A stretch of DNA of 64,000 nt from an uncultured Bacteroidales bacterium (lineage in GTDB: Bacteria; Bacillota_I; Bacilli_A; RFN20; CAG-826). The translations under genes and the position numbers were made by a program. The DNA is taken from positions 21,439 to 85,438 of the forward strand of contig CAVJMG010000006.1 of NCBI GenBank assembly GCA_963650805.1, given 5' to 3'. This document shows, piece after piece, positions 1-9,800 of this stretch (position 1 is its first letter; each line of letters begins with the position of its first letter). The notes beneath the pieces are model-generated. The model did no database searches and was not told the origin of the DNA. It saw only the letters and a program-made list of their open reading frames with translations.

Positions 1-689
1 GTTTCTTGGCCGGAATCATCGGCATTGAACGCGAAAGCAAGGGCCAAGCCGCTGGGCTTAGGACGCACGTCCTTTTGGCCGTCGGATGCTCGCTACTCAT
101 GGTGATCTCAATCTTCGGCATTGGAATTGCCTCGGGCCAAATCAATTTGAATGACGGATCCGTGAATTCTTCTTTGCTTTCTTACGATACTGCGCGTATC
201 GCCGCTGGAATTACGGCCGGAATCGGCTTTGTTTGTGCCGGCACCATCATTCGCACGGGGCTTTCCGTGCGTGGCTTGACCACTGCAGCGACTCTCTGGG
301 TTTGCGCTGGCATCGGCATGGCTTGCGGATGCGGCTTGGTTTTGGAAGCGATTGTCGTAGCGGCTGTGACGATGGCGTTACTCTTGGGCTTGCTCTCGAT
401 TGAGAAGGCCATTGGCAAAAGAAGCCCGCAAATTAAAATCGTCGTCGCTAAAAACGTCATGCTCGTCCGTGATCTTCGCGTTCAGGCCGATGCAAACGGG
501 TTGGTTATCAAAAACGTCGGTACCCATGTGACTAAGCTTGAAAACGGGGAAGACGCAACCGTCATAAACGTTTTGTTCGCCCTTCAAAGCGGTCAGGCCG
601 TGTTAGAGGAATTCTGCGAATCCTTCGCCTCTAGGGAAGGCGTTATCTCCCTTGAGAAAATCCATTTCAAAAACCCTTTAGGCGAATAA
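1..689 (+). CDS. MgtC/SapB-family membrane protein, 5' end probably outside the window
   Basis: The translation GIIGIERE..AGLRTHVLLAVG followed by several hydrophobic helices and a soluble C-terminal domain matches MgtC family architecture. The frame is open to the window edge and the TTG at 6 is probably not the true start. Confidence 0.7.
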   Translation, partial: FLAGIIGIERESKGQAAGLRTHVLLAVGCSLLMVISIFGIGIASGQINLNDGSVNSSLLSYDTARIAAGITAGIGFVCAGTIIRTGLSVRGLTTAATLWVCAGIGMACGCGLVLEAIVVAAVTMALLLGLLSIEKAIGKRSPQIKIVVAKNVMLVRDLRVQADANGLVIKNVGTHVTKLENGEDATVINVLFALQSGQAVLEEFCESFASREGVISLEKIHFKNPLGE

Positions 690-710
690 GCGAACTTGAT
701 ACAAAAAAAC

Positions 711-731
711 GGGGCTAACGCCCCCTTTTTG
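711..731. terminator. Bidirectional intrinsic terminator between convergent genes
   Basis: Hairpin GGGGC-TAAC-GCCCC (711-724) has an A-run upstream (703-710) and a T-run downstream (726-730). Confidence 0.7.
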
Positions 732-743
732 TTTGTGGGAATA

Positions 744-1343
744 TCAGTCTTCGATGGAAGCGCGGATCCGTTCGAATTCCTCTTCAACGGATAAGAAGTA
801 GGAACTGGAGGCTAGGAAGCGGAAGTCCTCGCCATAATGGGCGCGGAATATCCGCTCGAAGGTTTTCGTCATATTCAGGAAAATGATTTCGGCGATCCTT
901 AAAGGCTCGGACTCTTTGTTTTGCTCGGCAACGAGGCTGACAAGCGCGTCAATCGTGGAGAAGGCAAGCAATCCGGCGTTGTCTTTCAAAGCCTCCTGGA
1001 GTTCGGGCTCTGAGGGCAATATCCATTGGTAATATTCACGAAATGGCGAACCGGCGTTCTCGAAAGTTTCCTTGCTCATGTTCAATCGGATTGACGTGGC
1101 TTTTGAGGATAGGGCTTTAGGGTCATATTTCGAAAGCAAATCCGCATAGACGTCCCTGGTTATTTCTTCTCCGGCGTCTTCTTTGGCGAAGAGATTGTCG
1201 AAGAGATAGGAGGCCGCTCCTAGGATGTTGTAGGCGTCCCTTTTCGTTCCTTCGGCCAAATCGAGCCGGAGCCAGGAAGAAGTGAGGTAGAAGAAGGAAT
1301 CGGTGAGCTGATAGTAGCAATCTGAAGCTTTTTTCATATGCAT
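744..1343 (-). CDS. Hypothetical protein, about 197-199 aa
   Basis: Clean ORF with ATG at 1343 or 1337 and no motif I recognise. Its codon usage resembles that of neighbouring genes. Confidence 0.5.
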   Translation of the reverse strand: MHMKKASDCYYQLTDSFFYLTSSWLRLDLAEGTKRDAYNILGAASYLFDNLFAKEDAGEEITRDVYADLLSKYDPKALSSKATSIRLNMSKETFENAGSPFREYYQWILPSEPELQEALKDNAGLLAFSTIDALVSLVAEQNKESEPLRIAEIIFLNMTKTFERIFRAHYGEDFRFLASSSYFLSVEEEFERIRASIED

Positions 1344-1388
1344 GTATTTTAAAGGACTTTAGGAGCAGTCTATAGATATTTCGACAAT

Positions 1389-1408
1389 ATATGAACAAAA
1401 ATTCATAT
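1389..1408. promoter_or_regulatory. ArsR/SmtB-type operator candidate 1, an inverted repeat
   Basis: ATATGAA-CAAAAA-TTCATAT is a 7-6-7 perfect inverted repeat just upstream of the -35 element. The TGAA..TTCA core is typical of SmtB/CzrA/CadC operators. Confidence 0.55.
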
Positions 1409-1413
1409 TCTTG

Positions 1414-1441
1414 TTGAAAAGGAATGCTCCAGAAGTATAAT
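1414..1441 (+). promoter_or_regulatory. Sigma-70-type promoter of the ArsR-ATPase operon
   Basis: TTGAAA (1414-1419), a 16-nt spacer, then TATAAT (1436-1441). Confidence 0.6.
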
Positions 1442-1450
1442 GGCCTCATA

Positions 1451-1472
1451 AATATGAATGAAACTTCATATT
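1451..1472. promoter_or_regulatory. ArsR/SmtB-type operator candidate 2, an inverted repeat
   Basis: AATATGAA-TGAAAC-TTCATATT is an 8-6-8 perfect inverted repeat lying between the -10 element and the RBS. It has the same half-site as 1389-1408. Confidence 0.55.
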
Positions 1473-1484
1473 AAGGAGGTTCCC

Positions 1485-1784
1485 ATGAGTCAAATACCCA
1501 ACGACGAAACTATCGACAAAATGGAGGATTTGCTGAATATCGCGAGCGATTCCACGCGATTGAAAATCCTATACGCCATCTCGGATGCCGAGAAATCCGT
1601 GAATGAAATCGTCGACGCCGTAGGCGCGTCGCAATCCCTTGTTTCGCACCAGCTGCAAGTCCTTAGGAAAGCCCATCTGGTCTCAACAAGGAAAAACGGG
1701 ACCCATGTTTATTACAGTCTCGATGACGATCACGTAAACCGCTTGCTGACTTTGGTTTATGAGCACGTCAACGAAGACAAATAA
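1485..1784 (+). CDS. ArsR/SmtB-family metal-sensing transcriptional repressor
   Basis: The winged-HTH signature is DSTRLKILYAI....SVNEIVDAVGASQSLVSHQLQVLRKAHLVSTRKNGTHVYYSL. AAGGAGG at 1473-1479 favours ATG 1485 over the track start at 1458. Confidence 0.85.
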   Translation: MSQIPNDETIDKMEDLLNIASDSTRLKILYAISDAEKSVNEIVDAVGASQSLVSHQLQVLRKAHLVSTRKNGTHVYYSLDDDHVNRLLTLVYEHVNEDK

Positions 1785-1804
1785 AAACAAAAGGAGAAAC
1801 GAAA

Positions 1805-3736
1805 ATGGAAGAAGAGGAAGAACGTTCTAAGAAAACGTTGATTATTCTCGGCGTTAGAATCGCCGTAAGCCTTACATTGGCTTTGCTTGGGCAATTCTAT
1901 TTCACCGAAAGCGCGTTTGGGCTAGCCGTTAATTTGCCCATCATGATCGCGGCTTACGTGCTTGTGGCCTACGACGTGATTTGGGAAGGTATATTGTGCG
2001 TTTTCAAGGAGCATGAGCCCTTCGATGAGCACTTGCTGATGACCATTGCCTCTTTGGGCGCTTTTGCGTTGCGTTTCTTTGGGCCGGAGCACAACGAAGC
2101 GTTTGAAGGCGTTTTGGTCATGCTGCTATATCAAGTCGGCGAAGTCTTCGAAGACTTGGCCGCAGATAAGTCTAGGGAAGCCATTGTTTCGGCCATAGAC
2201 CTTCGGGACCAAAAGGCTAAAGTCAATAATGGGGAACTCGTCATCGAAAAGACGCCTGAAGAGCTCCTTATTGGTGATAAAGTCGTTGTTGGCGCTGGAA
2301 ATAAGATTCTTTGCGACGCCGTTGTTATTTCGGGCTCTGGTAGCGTGGATGAAAGCTCATTGACCGGGGAATCCTTGCCCGTTAACAAAACCGAAGGGGA
2401 CGCCGTCTTCTCCGGAACGATTCTTAAGGAAGGATCGCTTGTCGTATCGGTAACGAAAGAATACAAAGATTCAACCGTTGCCAAATTGCTCGATTTAGTG
2501 GAGAACAGTTCGGAAAAGAAGTCCAAAGCAACGCGGTTTATCACGCGCTTCGCAAGGATTTATACCCCCATCGTCACCGGGCTTGCCTTGCTTGTCGCTA
2601 TTGTGCCGCCTTTGTTTTTGGGCATTTCCGATGGCTCCGTTTGGAGCAATTGGATTTTCGTTGCATTGGAATTTCTCATTGTTTCCTGTCCCTGCGCGAT
2701 TGTCATTTCCGTTCCGCTTAGCTACTTTGCGGGGCTTGGCCTAGCTTCGAAAAACGGGGTCGTTGTCAAAGGCGCTGAGTATTTCGATAAGGTCAACGAG
2801 CTTAGCGTCGTTTGCTTTGATAAAACCGGAACTTTGACCGAAGGGAATTTCAAAGTCAGTGAAATCCATCCTGTTTCTATGAACGAAGAGGAATTCATGA
2901 CCTACCTTTCCGCGGCCGAAGCCCGCTCTTCTCACCCTATTGCTAGAGCCGTTTTGGCTAAATCCGGCTACGTCGAAAAAGAGGGCGACTTGCTTTCGTA
3001 TGAGGAGAAATCCGGATACGGAATCGCCGCAAATTACCAAAATCACTCCCTCCTTGCGGGCAAAAGAAAGCTCCTTATTGAAAATGGCATCGACTGCGAT
3101 GGAGCCCCTGTTTCCATGGGTACAGCGACCTATCTTTCTTGTGATGGCAAATATGTTGGTTATGTTGTTTTAAATGACGAAATTAGACCGACATCCGCAA
3201 AGATGACAGAAGAGCTTAAAAGGCAAGGCATAAAGACTATCCTTCTTTCTGGCGATAGGAAAGAAAACGTCGATGGCGTGGCAAAGACCTTGGGTATTGA
3301 TGAGGCTCACGGGGAACTGTTACCAATAGATAAACAAGAATTCATCCAAGGTAAAATTGACGAAAATAAAGGTTCTGTTGCTTTTGTTGGCGATGGTATC
3401 AACGACGCTCCGTCCATTGTCCTTGCCGACATCGGGATTGCCATGGGTGGCCTTGGAAGCGATGTCGCGGTTAAAAACGCCGACGTTGTTTTGATGCAAG
3501 ATGATCCTGAAAAACTTTTGACCCTGATCAACGTCGCCAAAAAGACCAAGCATCGCGCCGTCTTCAACATTTCCTTTTCGCTGGGCGTGAAGATCGCGAT
3601 TATGGTTTTGTCCGTCATTGCTGCTTCCACGGGGATATTCACCTTGCCGATGTGGGTCACCGTCTTGGGGGACTCTGGCGTGGCTTTGCTTGCCGTTTTG
3701 TTCTCGTTGATGCTTGGATATTCCAAAGTCGAGTAA
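1805..3736 (+). CDS. P1B-type heavy-metal (Cd/Zn/Co-like) translocating ATPase without an N-terminal HMA domain
   Basis: Motifs TGES (SLTGESLPV), the CPC membrane motif (SCPCAIVISVP), DKTGTLT and GDGINDAP are all present. The RBS AAAGGAG lies upstream and the gene follows the ArsR repressor directly. Confidence 0.9.
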   Translation: MEEEEERSKKTLIILGVRIAVSLTLALLGQFYFTESAFGLAVNLPIMIAAYVLVAYDVIWEGILCVFKEHEPFDEHLLMTIASLGAFALRFFGPEHNEAFEGVLVMLLYQVGEVFEDLAADKSREAIVSAIDLRDQKAKVNNGELVIEKTPEELLIGDKVVVGAGNKILCDAVVISGSGSVDESSLTGESLPVNKTEGDAVFSGTILKEGSLVVSVTKEYKDSTVAKLLDLVENSSEKKSKATRFITRFARIYTPIVTGLALLVAIVPPLFLGISDGSVWSNWIFVALEFLIVSCPCAIVISVPLSYFAGLGLASKNGVVVKGAEYFDKVNELSVVCFDKTGTLTEGNFKVSEIHPVSMNEEEFMTYLSAAEARSSHPIARAVLAKSGYVEKEGDLLSYEEKSGYGIAANYQNHSLLAGKRKLLIENGIDCDGAPVSMGTATYLSCDGKYVGYVVLNDEIRPTSAKMTEELKRQGIKTILLSGDRKENVDGVAKTLGIDEAHGELLPIDKQEFIQGKIDENKGSVAFVGDGINDAPSIVLADIGIAMGGLGSDVAVKNADVVLMQDDPEKLLTLINVAKKTKHRAVFNISFSLGVKIAIMVLSVIAASTGIFTLPMWVTVLGDSGVALLAVLFSLMLGYSKVE

Positions 3737-3753
3737 GAAATTTCCTTTCTCAT

Positions 3754-3804
3754 ACACGCGATTTCTGTGCGGAAAACAAATGCACGTGTCGCGTGTTTTT
3801 CTTT
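3754..3804 (+). terminator. Putative intrinsic terminator after the ATPase gene
   Basis: ACACGCGA (3754-3761) pairs with TCGCGTGT (3789-3796) and is followed by TTTTCTTT. The loop is long (27 nt) and contains a small inner stem. Confidence 0.5.
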
Positions 3805-3853
3805 ACGCGGATTGCGTTTGAGCCCTCAGAAACCAACTTTTTAAAATTCGTCC

Positions 3854-3882
3854 TTGCGTGTGTGTGCCCTTACGCGCATAAT
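3854..3882 (+). promoter_or_regulatory. Putative promoter of rplK-rplA
   Basis: TTGCGT (3854-3859), a 17-nt spacer, then CATAAT (3877-3882). Confidence 0.4.
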
Positions 3883-3964
3883 AACATCCGCGTGCACAAA
3901 CGTGGCAGGGTTAGACGAGACCCGCATCACCACTGCATGCCGAAAATCCAAAGGAGGATTTCAC

Positions 3965-4369
3965 ATGAAAAAAGTCGTCAAAGTCGTGAAGATGGAACTC
4001 CCTGGCGGGAATGCCCATCCAGGACCAAAGCTCGCTTCCGCGGGTGTCAACATGGCGAAATTCTGCACCGACTTCAATGCGAAGACCGGCGACAGGAAAG
4101 GACAGACCGTCCCCGTCATCATCACCGCTTACGAAGACAAGAGCTATGACTTCGTGATCAAGACCAGCCCCGCTGCTGAATTGATCTTGAAGGCCGCCGG
4201 CATCCAGAAAGGCGCCGGCAATGCCAAAACGGTTGTCGGTTCCATCACCGCTGCCCAATTGGAAGAGATCGCCAACTACAAGCTTCCCGATCTCAACACC
4301 GAAGACGTGGAAGCTGCCAAGAAAGTCATCGCCGGCACCTGCCGTCAGATGGGCATCGCGATCAAGTAA
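3965..4369 (+). CDS. rplK: 50S ribosomal protein L11
   Basis: MKKVVKVVKMELPGGNAHPGPKLASAGVNMAKFCTDFNAKT is a typical L11 N-terminus. AAAGGAGG at 3950-3957 places the start at ATG 3965, so the track ORF start at 3854 is an upstream extension. Confidence 0.95.
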   Translation: MKKVVKVVKMELPGGNAHPGPKLASAGVNMAKFCTDFNAKTGDRKGQTVPVIITAYEDKSYDFVIKTSPAAELILKAAGIQKGAGNAKTVVGSITAAQLEEIANYKLPDLNTEDVEAAKKVIAGTCRQMGIAIK

Positions 4370-4380
4370 GGAGCGAAACC

Positions 4381-5073
4381 ATGAAGAAAGTCAGCAAAAA
4401 CTACAAAGCCGCCCTTGCGAAGGTCGACACCACCAAAGTCTACGAAATCGCTGAGGCTTCCAAACTCGTCAAGGAAACCTCCACGACCAAGTTCGACGCC
4501 TCGGTGGACCTCTGCTTCCGCCTCAACGTCAATCCGACCAAGGCCGAGCAGCTCATCCGTGGGACCATCTCTCTCCCCCACGGCAACGGCAAGACCAAGA
4601 AGGTCCTCGTCGTCACCAACACCAAACTCGAAGACGCCAAAGCTTCCGGTGCCGACTACTACGGCGGCCTTGATATGCTCGAGAAGATCAAAACCGAGAA
4701 CTGGTTCGACTTCGACATCATCGTCGCCACTCCGGACATGATGGGCGAGCTCGGAAAGATGGGCCGTCTCCTCGGCCCCAAAGGCTTGATGCCTAACCCC
4801 AAGACCGGCACCGTCACCATGGACGTTAAAACCGCCGTCAGCGAAATCAAGAAGGGCAAAATCGCCTACCGCGTTGACAAAGACGGGAACCTCGCCATGG
4901 GCGTTGGTCGCGTCTCCTTCTCCGAGAGCGATCTCAGCGACAACATCCTTGCCGTCTGCAACCAGATCGCCGCTGCCCGTCCTTCCACTGTGAAGGGCAC
5001 CTATATCCAGAAGGCCGTCATCTCCACCACGATGGGGCCCGCCATCAAAATCACCTTCGCTTCCCGCAGCTAA
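4381..5073 (+). CDS. rplA: 50S ribosomal protein L1
   Basis: 230 aa. Contains L1 hallmarks ([47 protein letters not shown]). Confidence 0.95.
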   Translation: MKKVSKNYKAALAKVDTTKVYEIAEASKLVKETSTTKFDASVDLCFRLNVNPTKAEQLIRGTISLPHGNGKTKKVLVVTNTKLEDAKASGADYYGGLDMLEKIKTENWFDFDIIVATPDMMGELGKMGRLLGPKGLMPNPKTGTVTMDVKTAVSEIKKGKIAYRVDKDGNLAMGVGRVSFSESDLSDNILAVCNQIAAARPSTVKGTYIQKAVISTTMGPAIKITFASRS

Positions 5074-5232
5074 TCGGTAGCCTAGGAATTCATTCGGTGA
5101 ATCGCTTCCTATACCTAAGATAGCCGGGGGCAAGTGCCTTAAATCTCCACCCTGCTGAGGTTAATGAAACATCACAACCCACTAGTTATTCGAAGCATCA
5201 CATAAAGTCGTCAAGAAAGGAGGTAGAAACAC
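5074..5232 (+). promoter_or_regulatory. Candidate ribosomal protein L10(L12)4 autoregulatory leader
   Basis: A 159-nt structured non-coding gap lies directly upstream of rplJ, the position of the L10 leader in Firmicutes. I could not verify the covariance model by eye. Confidence 0.35.
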
Positions 5233-5745
5233 ATGAATCAGCAAGCTCTCCAAGCCAAAAAGGAAGCCGTCTCCGAGATCACCAAAGGTATCCAGGAGTC
5301 CGGTTCCGTCACGGTTGTTTCCTACCAAGGACTCACCGTCGCTGAGATTCAGGAGCTCCGTCGTGAACTCAAGAAGGTCGACGCGACCATGGGCGTTTAC
5401 AAGAACACCCTCGTCAAGCGCGCCATCGCCGACACCAAAGCCCCGAACCTCGACAGCATTCTTGAAGGCCCCAACGCCTTGGTCTTCTCCAAGGATTTGT
5501 CCGCCGGACCGAAAGTTGTCACCAAATTTGCCCGCAAGCACGAACACCTTAAAGTCGTCGGCGGGATGGGCGAAGGACAAGCGTTCGATGCCGAGCAAAT
5601 GAAGGCCATCGCCAAATTGCCGGATCGCAACGGGTTGCTCTCTATGTTCCTATCGGTGCTCAATGCGCCAATTCAGAAATTCGCCGCGACCGTCAAAGCC
5701 GCGTCGGAGAAAGACAGCGGAGCCGCTGCTCCCGCTGCCAACTAA
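5233..5745 (+). CDS. rplJ: 50S ribosomal protein L10
   Basis: 170 aa with a typical L10 sequence. GAAAGGAGG RBS lies upstream, and it sits at the conserved position before rplL. Confidence 0.95.
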   Translation: MNQQALQAKKEAVSEITKGIQESGSVTVVSYQGLTVAEIQELRRELKKVDATMGVYKNTLVKRAIADTKAPNLDSILEGPNALVFSKDLSAGPKVVTKFARKHEHLKVVGGMGEGQAFDAEQMKAIAKLPDRNGLLSMFLSVLNAPIQKFAATVKAASEKDSGAAAPAAN

Positions 5746-5765
5746 GCCAATGGAGGTAAATCAAA

Positions 5766-6143
5766 ATGGCTAAGCTCACCAAAGAAGAGATCGTTGAATC
5801 CTTGAAAGAGTACACCGCCCTCGAACTCGCGGACCTCGTCAAGGCCGTCGAAGAAGCCTTCGGCGTCACTGCCGCCGTCGCCACCGCCGCCGCCGCCGCT
5901 CCGGCCGAAGAAGAAGAGACCAAGAAGGGACCGACCGAGGTCTCCCTCATCCTCAAAGCCGTTGGCGGTTCCAAAGTCGCCGTCATCAAAGCCGTCCAGG
6001 CCATCACCGGCCTTGGCTTGATGGATGCCAAGAAACTCGTCGACGCCGTCCCCGCTCCGATCAAAGAGCACATCTCCCCCGTCGAAGCCGAAGAGCACAA
6101 GAAAGCTCTCGTCGCCGCCGGCGCCGAAGTCGAAATCAAGTAA
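5766..6143 (+). CDS. rplL: 50S ribosomal protein L7/L12
   Basis: 125 aa with an Ala-rich hinge ([16 protein letters not shown]) and a C-terminal domain ([29 protein letters not shown]). Confidence 0.95.
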   Translation: MAKLTKEEIVESLKEYTALELADLVKAVEEAFGVTAAVATAAAAAPAEEEETKKGPTEVSLILKAVGGSKVAVIKAVQAITGLGLMDAKKLVDAVPAPIKEHISPVEAEEHKKALVAAGAEVEIK

Positions 6144-6173
6144 TTTCGGCTTTAACAACCTACTTACCCGAAA

Positions 6174-6218
6174 CCCGTCCAGAGGCACGTCTACTCTGGG
6201 CGGGGTTCTTGCGTTTCT
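6174..6218 (+). terminator. Hairpin or partial terminator after rplL
   Basis: CCCGTCCAGAG (6174-6184) pairs with CTCTGGGCGGG (6194-6204) with one G-U pair. It is followed by the T-rich GTTCTTGCGTTTCT. Confidence 0.5.
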
Positions 6219-6231
6219 AAAGGAGTTAAAA

Positions 6232-6828
6232 ATGAGCCAATACTTCGATAACGTAGAGGGCTTGGCCCATCAAGACATCACCTATCAGTTTGAGCTGATG
6301 GGCGAGCGCTATACCTTCTCTAGCGACGCGGGGGTCTTCTCCAAAGACGGCCTCGACGATGGCACTAGGCTACTGCTTGAAACCATCGCCAAGACCGACC
6401 TTGGGACGAACATTCTGGATCTCGGGTGCGGTGTCGGACCAATCGGACTAATCCTGGCACACATTGACTCTTCCCGTCATGTCGTCCTAGCCGACGTGAA
6501 CGATAGGGCCCTCGAATGCGCGAGGAAGAACGCCGTAAGCCTTGGCGTTTCCTCCCAAGTCGAGCTGATCCACTCAGACGTCTACAGCAATATCAATTCC
6601 TCTTTCTCCACAATCGTGACCAATCCCCCCATACGCGCGGGTAAAAAGGTTACGTACGCGATGTACGCGGGCGCACTCAGCCACCTTAATCAAGATGGCT
6701 CCTTGATCCTAGTCATCCGAAAAAAGCAGGGCGCGGAGTCCTGCTTCCGCTACCTCCAAACGCTCTTCGGCAAAGTGGAGGTGAAAGCCTCGCATAAAGG
6801 CTTCCAAATTCTCATCGCGCGAAAATAA
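6232..6828 (+). CDS. Class I SAM-dependent methyltransferase (RsmC/YbxB-like)
   Basis: SAM motif ILDLGCGVGPIG and catalytic VTNPPIRAGK are present. It occupies the same position (rplL - MTase - rpoB) as ybxB in Bacillus. The RBS favours ATG 6232. Confidence 0.85.
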   Translation: MSQYFDNVEGLAHQDITYQFELMGERYTFSSDAGVFSKDGLDDGTRLLLETIAKTDLGTNILDLGCGVGPIGLILAHIDSSRHVVLADVNDRALECARKNAVSLGVSSQVELIHSDVYSNINSSFSTIVTNPPIRAGKKVTYAMYAGALSHLNQDGSLILVIRKKQGAESCFRYLQTLFGKVEVKASHKGFQILIARK

Positions 6829-6838
6829 GGAGCAACAC

Positions 6839-9800
6839 ATGCCACAAGAAGAAAAATTCGATCACCAGCTTCTGGACTACAAGGATCCTAACGGCGAATC
6901 CTATCCCGTCGGGGCCAATGGCCGCATCAATTTCTCCAAAATCTCCGGGAAGCTCCCGCTTCCTTACTTGGTTGAAGTTCAGACCGATTCCTACCGCTGG
7001 TTCCTTGAAAAAGGCTTGGACGAGATTTTCAGAGAAGTCTTCCCCATCGCCAATTTCGCCAACACCCTTTACATTGACTATGTCTCTTCCCGTTTGGAAG
7101 AGCCGAAATACACCCCGCTTGAATGCAAAGCGGGCGATTTGACCTATTCAAGCAAGATCAAAGTCACTCTCCGTTTGATCCTCCCCACCAAGGAAATCAA
7201 AGACGCCGAGGTCTTCATGGGCGAATTGCCTTTGATGACCGAATCCGGCACCTTCATCGTCAACGGCGCCGAGAGGGTCATCGTCTCCCAAATCATCCGT
7301 TCGCCAGGAGGATATTTCCAAGACACCATCGATAAGAGCGGCGTCCACATCTACAACGGCGAGATCATCCCTTCCCGCGGCACTTGGCTGCAGTTTGAGA
7401 GCGATCTCAAAGGTGTTTATTACGTCCGCATCGATAGGCAGAGGAAAATGCCCGCGACCACCCTTTTCAAAGCCCTCGGCTTCGATAAGGAGGAGCAGCT
7501 TATCGAGCTCTTCGGCAAATCCGAGTCCCTCGACCTCACGCTCGCCAAAGACAAAGGCATCAAGACCTGCGCCGGCGCTTTGATCGATATTTTCCAGAAA
7601 CTCAAACCGGGCGAGCCCGTCACCGAGAACGGAACCATCGAGTTCCTCGTTTCCAAATTCTTCGATGAGAAGCGTTATGACCTCGGCCGCGCCGGGCGTT
7701 TCAAATATGCTCAGAAACTCGGCATCTATGACCGTCTCCCTGGGCGCGTCCTCGCCGAAGACCTCATTGACTCCCACCAAGAGGGCGAAGGCTATATCGT
7801 TGATGACGCCGGCCACACTATCGACGCCAACGGCGAGCTCGTTCTCCCCGTCACCGTTTACGAGAAGGGCCACAAGCTCACCAAAGAAGAGGTTCAGCAC
7901 CTCCGCGACATCGAGTTCTTCGAAAGGGGCAACTACACTGTTAAGCTCAAAGCCTACGAGAAACTCGACACCAATAGCGTCGTCAACATCGTCCACGTCT
8001 ACGCCGAGGATAAAGAAGGCGAGCAGATCGTCCCCATCGTGGGCTGCGATCTCAACGCGACCATCTCCCGCGTCACCATTTCCGACATGGTCGCTTGCTT
8101 CTCCTATTTCTGCAACCTCCAGTTCGGCATCGGCCAAACCGACGACATCGACCACTTGGGCAACCGCCGCATCCGCTGCGTCGGGGAATTGCTCCAGAAC
8201 CAGTTCCGCGTCGGCCTTTCCAAGATGACGAAGACCGTTCAGCAAAAGATGTCCATTTCCGACTTCGAGTCCATGACTCCCCAGTCGTTGGTGAACATCC
8301 GCCCGCTTACCTCTTCCATCCGCGAATTCTTCTCTTCCAGCCAGCTCTCCCAGTTCATGGATCAAGTCAATCCTCTCGCCGAGCTGACCAACAAGCGCCG
8401 TATCTCGGCTTTGGGCCCTGGCGGCCTGACCCGCGACCGCGCTTCCATGGAAGTCCGCGACGTCCACTACACCCATTACGGCCGTATCTGCCCGATTGAA
8501 TCTCCTGAAGGCCAGAACATCGGTCTTATCAACAACCTCGCCTGCTACGCCAAAATCGACGAGCACGGCTTCGTGGAGACTCCTTTCCGCGAAGTTCTCC
8601 ACATGAACGATGGGCGTTCCTTCGTCATTGAGGGCGACTTCAAAGAAGACGGCGAGATTTCCTATCGCGCCCGTTACCTTTCCGCCGACGACGAAAGGGG
8701 CACTTATGTCGCCGAGGCCAACATCCGTTTGGGCGAGGCCGTTCACCTTTCTTCCCTTTATCCCAATACCGAGAGGGATTGCCTCGTCAAAGAGATCCTC
8801 GATGACAAGGTCGTCGTCCGTCACGATGAAGACAACGTCGAAATCGAGAAGGGGAAAGTCGACTATGTCGACGTCTCCCCCCGTCAGATTGTTTCCATCG
8901 CCGCGGCGAGCATCCCCTTCCTCGATCACGATGACGCGACCCGCGCCTTGATGGGCGCTAACATGCAGCGTCAGGCCCTCCCTTTGCTCTCCCCTGAGAT
9001 TCCTTACGTCGGAACCGGCATGGAGCAATTGATCGCGCGCGACTCCGGGTTGGCCGTCGTTGCCACCAAAGACGGCGAAGTCACTTATATGGATTCGAAG
9101 ACCATCGTCACGAAATCCGGTAAGGAAAAGACCACCTACGCTTTGCAGAAATTCGACCGCACCAACAACGGGACCTGCATGAACCAGACCCCAATCGTCC
9201 ACGTTGGCGACATGGTTAAGAAAGGCGACATCATCGCCGACGGCCCGGCTATGCGCCATGGCGAACTCGCCCTTGGCCACAACGTCTTGGTCGCCTACAT
9301 GACCTGGCACGGATACAACTACGAAGACGCCATCATTATGTCCGAGCGCATGGTGAAGGACGACGTTTACACCTCCGTCCACATCGAAAAATACGAAATC
9401 GAGTGCCGCGATACCAAACTCGGCGCCGAAGAAATCACCCGCGAAGTTCCCAACGTCGGCGAAGATGCGAAAGCCTTCCTTGATGAAAGAGGCATCATCA
9501 TCCCCGGCGCCGAGGTCAAAGAGGGCGATATCCTCGTCGGCAAAGTCACTCCAAAAGGACAAACTGAGCCCACCCCCGAAGAGAAGCTCCTCATGGCCAT
9601 CTTCGCCGAGAAGACGAAGGAAGGGAAGGATTCCTCCCTCCGCGTCCCCCACGGCGGCGCTGGCATCGTCCATGCGGTGAAGATCTTCTCCCGCAAAAAC
9701 AAAGACCCGCTCCCTCCCGGAGTCAATATGGTCGTCCGCGTCTACATCGTTCAGAAGAGAAAGATCTCCGAGGGCGACAAGATGTCCGGGCGTCACGGTA

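Noticed and set aside
3854-3964. N-terminal extension of the rplK ORF in the track (start at 3854)
   Set aside because: The extension has no L11 similarity. A strong AAAGGAGG lies at 3950-3957 and the canonical L11 N-terminus begins at ATG 3965.
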